A stretch of DNA of 64,000 nucleotides, taken from positions 96,001 through 160,000 of the forward strand of contig OZ243972.1 in NCBI GenBank assembly GCA_965214705.1. The letters run 5' to 3'. The position numbers were made by a program, and so were the translations under genes. Positions 63,968 to 64,000 of the stretch are shown here, in pieces (positions within the stretch are counted from its first letter, which is position 1; the number at the start of each line of letters is the position of its first letter). The notes below the pieces were generated by a model that was not told where the DNA came from, did not search any database, and saw only the letters and a program-made list of their open reading frames with translations. This DNA is from Alphaproteobacteria bacterium. GTDB lineage: Bacteria > Pseudomonadota > Alphaproteobacteria > UBA828.

Positions 63968-64000
63968 GTCGCCCTCCGGACTTGAGCGGGCCCACGTCCT

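Overview
A GC-rich (~70%) alphaproteobacterial chromosomal segment, probably Rhodospirillales/Kiloniellales-like. The taxonomy is inferred from gene order (trpD-trpC-moaC-moeA, DUF2066-hdaA-ppk-ppx, rpsT-dnaA-dnaN-recF-gyrB). In order, it carries: an Urt/AmiC-like amide/urea ABC transporter; a TPR-2OG-Fe(II) protein; trpDC-moaC-moeA; thiE-like and yggS genes; a Liv-type ABC transporter with LLM monooxygenase and SDR; phasin; purN; DUF2066-hdaA-ppk1-ppx; an accessory zone around tRNA-Leu(CAA) and tRNA-Arg(CCG); a B12-riboswitch-led ~20 kb cobalamin cluster mixing aerobic (cobN, cobW) and anaerobic-type (cbiX, cbiD, cbiG-cobJ) genes; PBP1A; gyrB-recF-dnaN-dnaA; an IS1634-family element 17 bp upstream of dnaA; rpsT; and a NYN-domain gene. 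The most unusual signal is an orphan phage-Mu gp27-like (DUF3486, probable small terminase) gene with no other phage genes. Its 3' end holds a strictly 10-bp-periodic nnnGGGATnn array, and it is bracketed by covarying stem-loop repeats. A gene-less miniature relative with the same upstream 21-mer and the same 10-bp units lies ~2.6 kb away beside the other tRNA. Other signals are a TA-flanked 266-bp MITE between dnaN and recF, a second covarying hairpin-repeat family, an attC-like site ahead of a low-GC DUF4145/HEPN gene, and a possible C8 frameshift in cobA. All family calls come from motif recognition by eye, not database searches.
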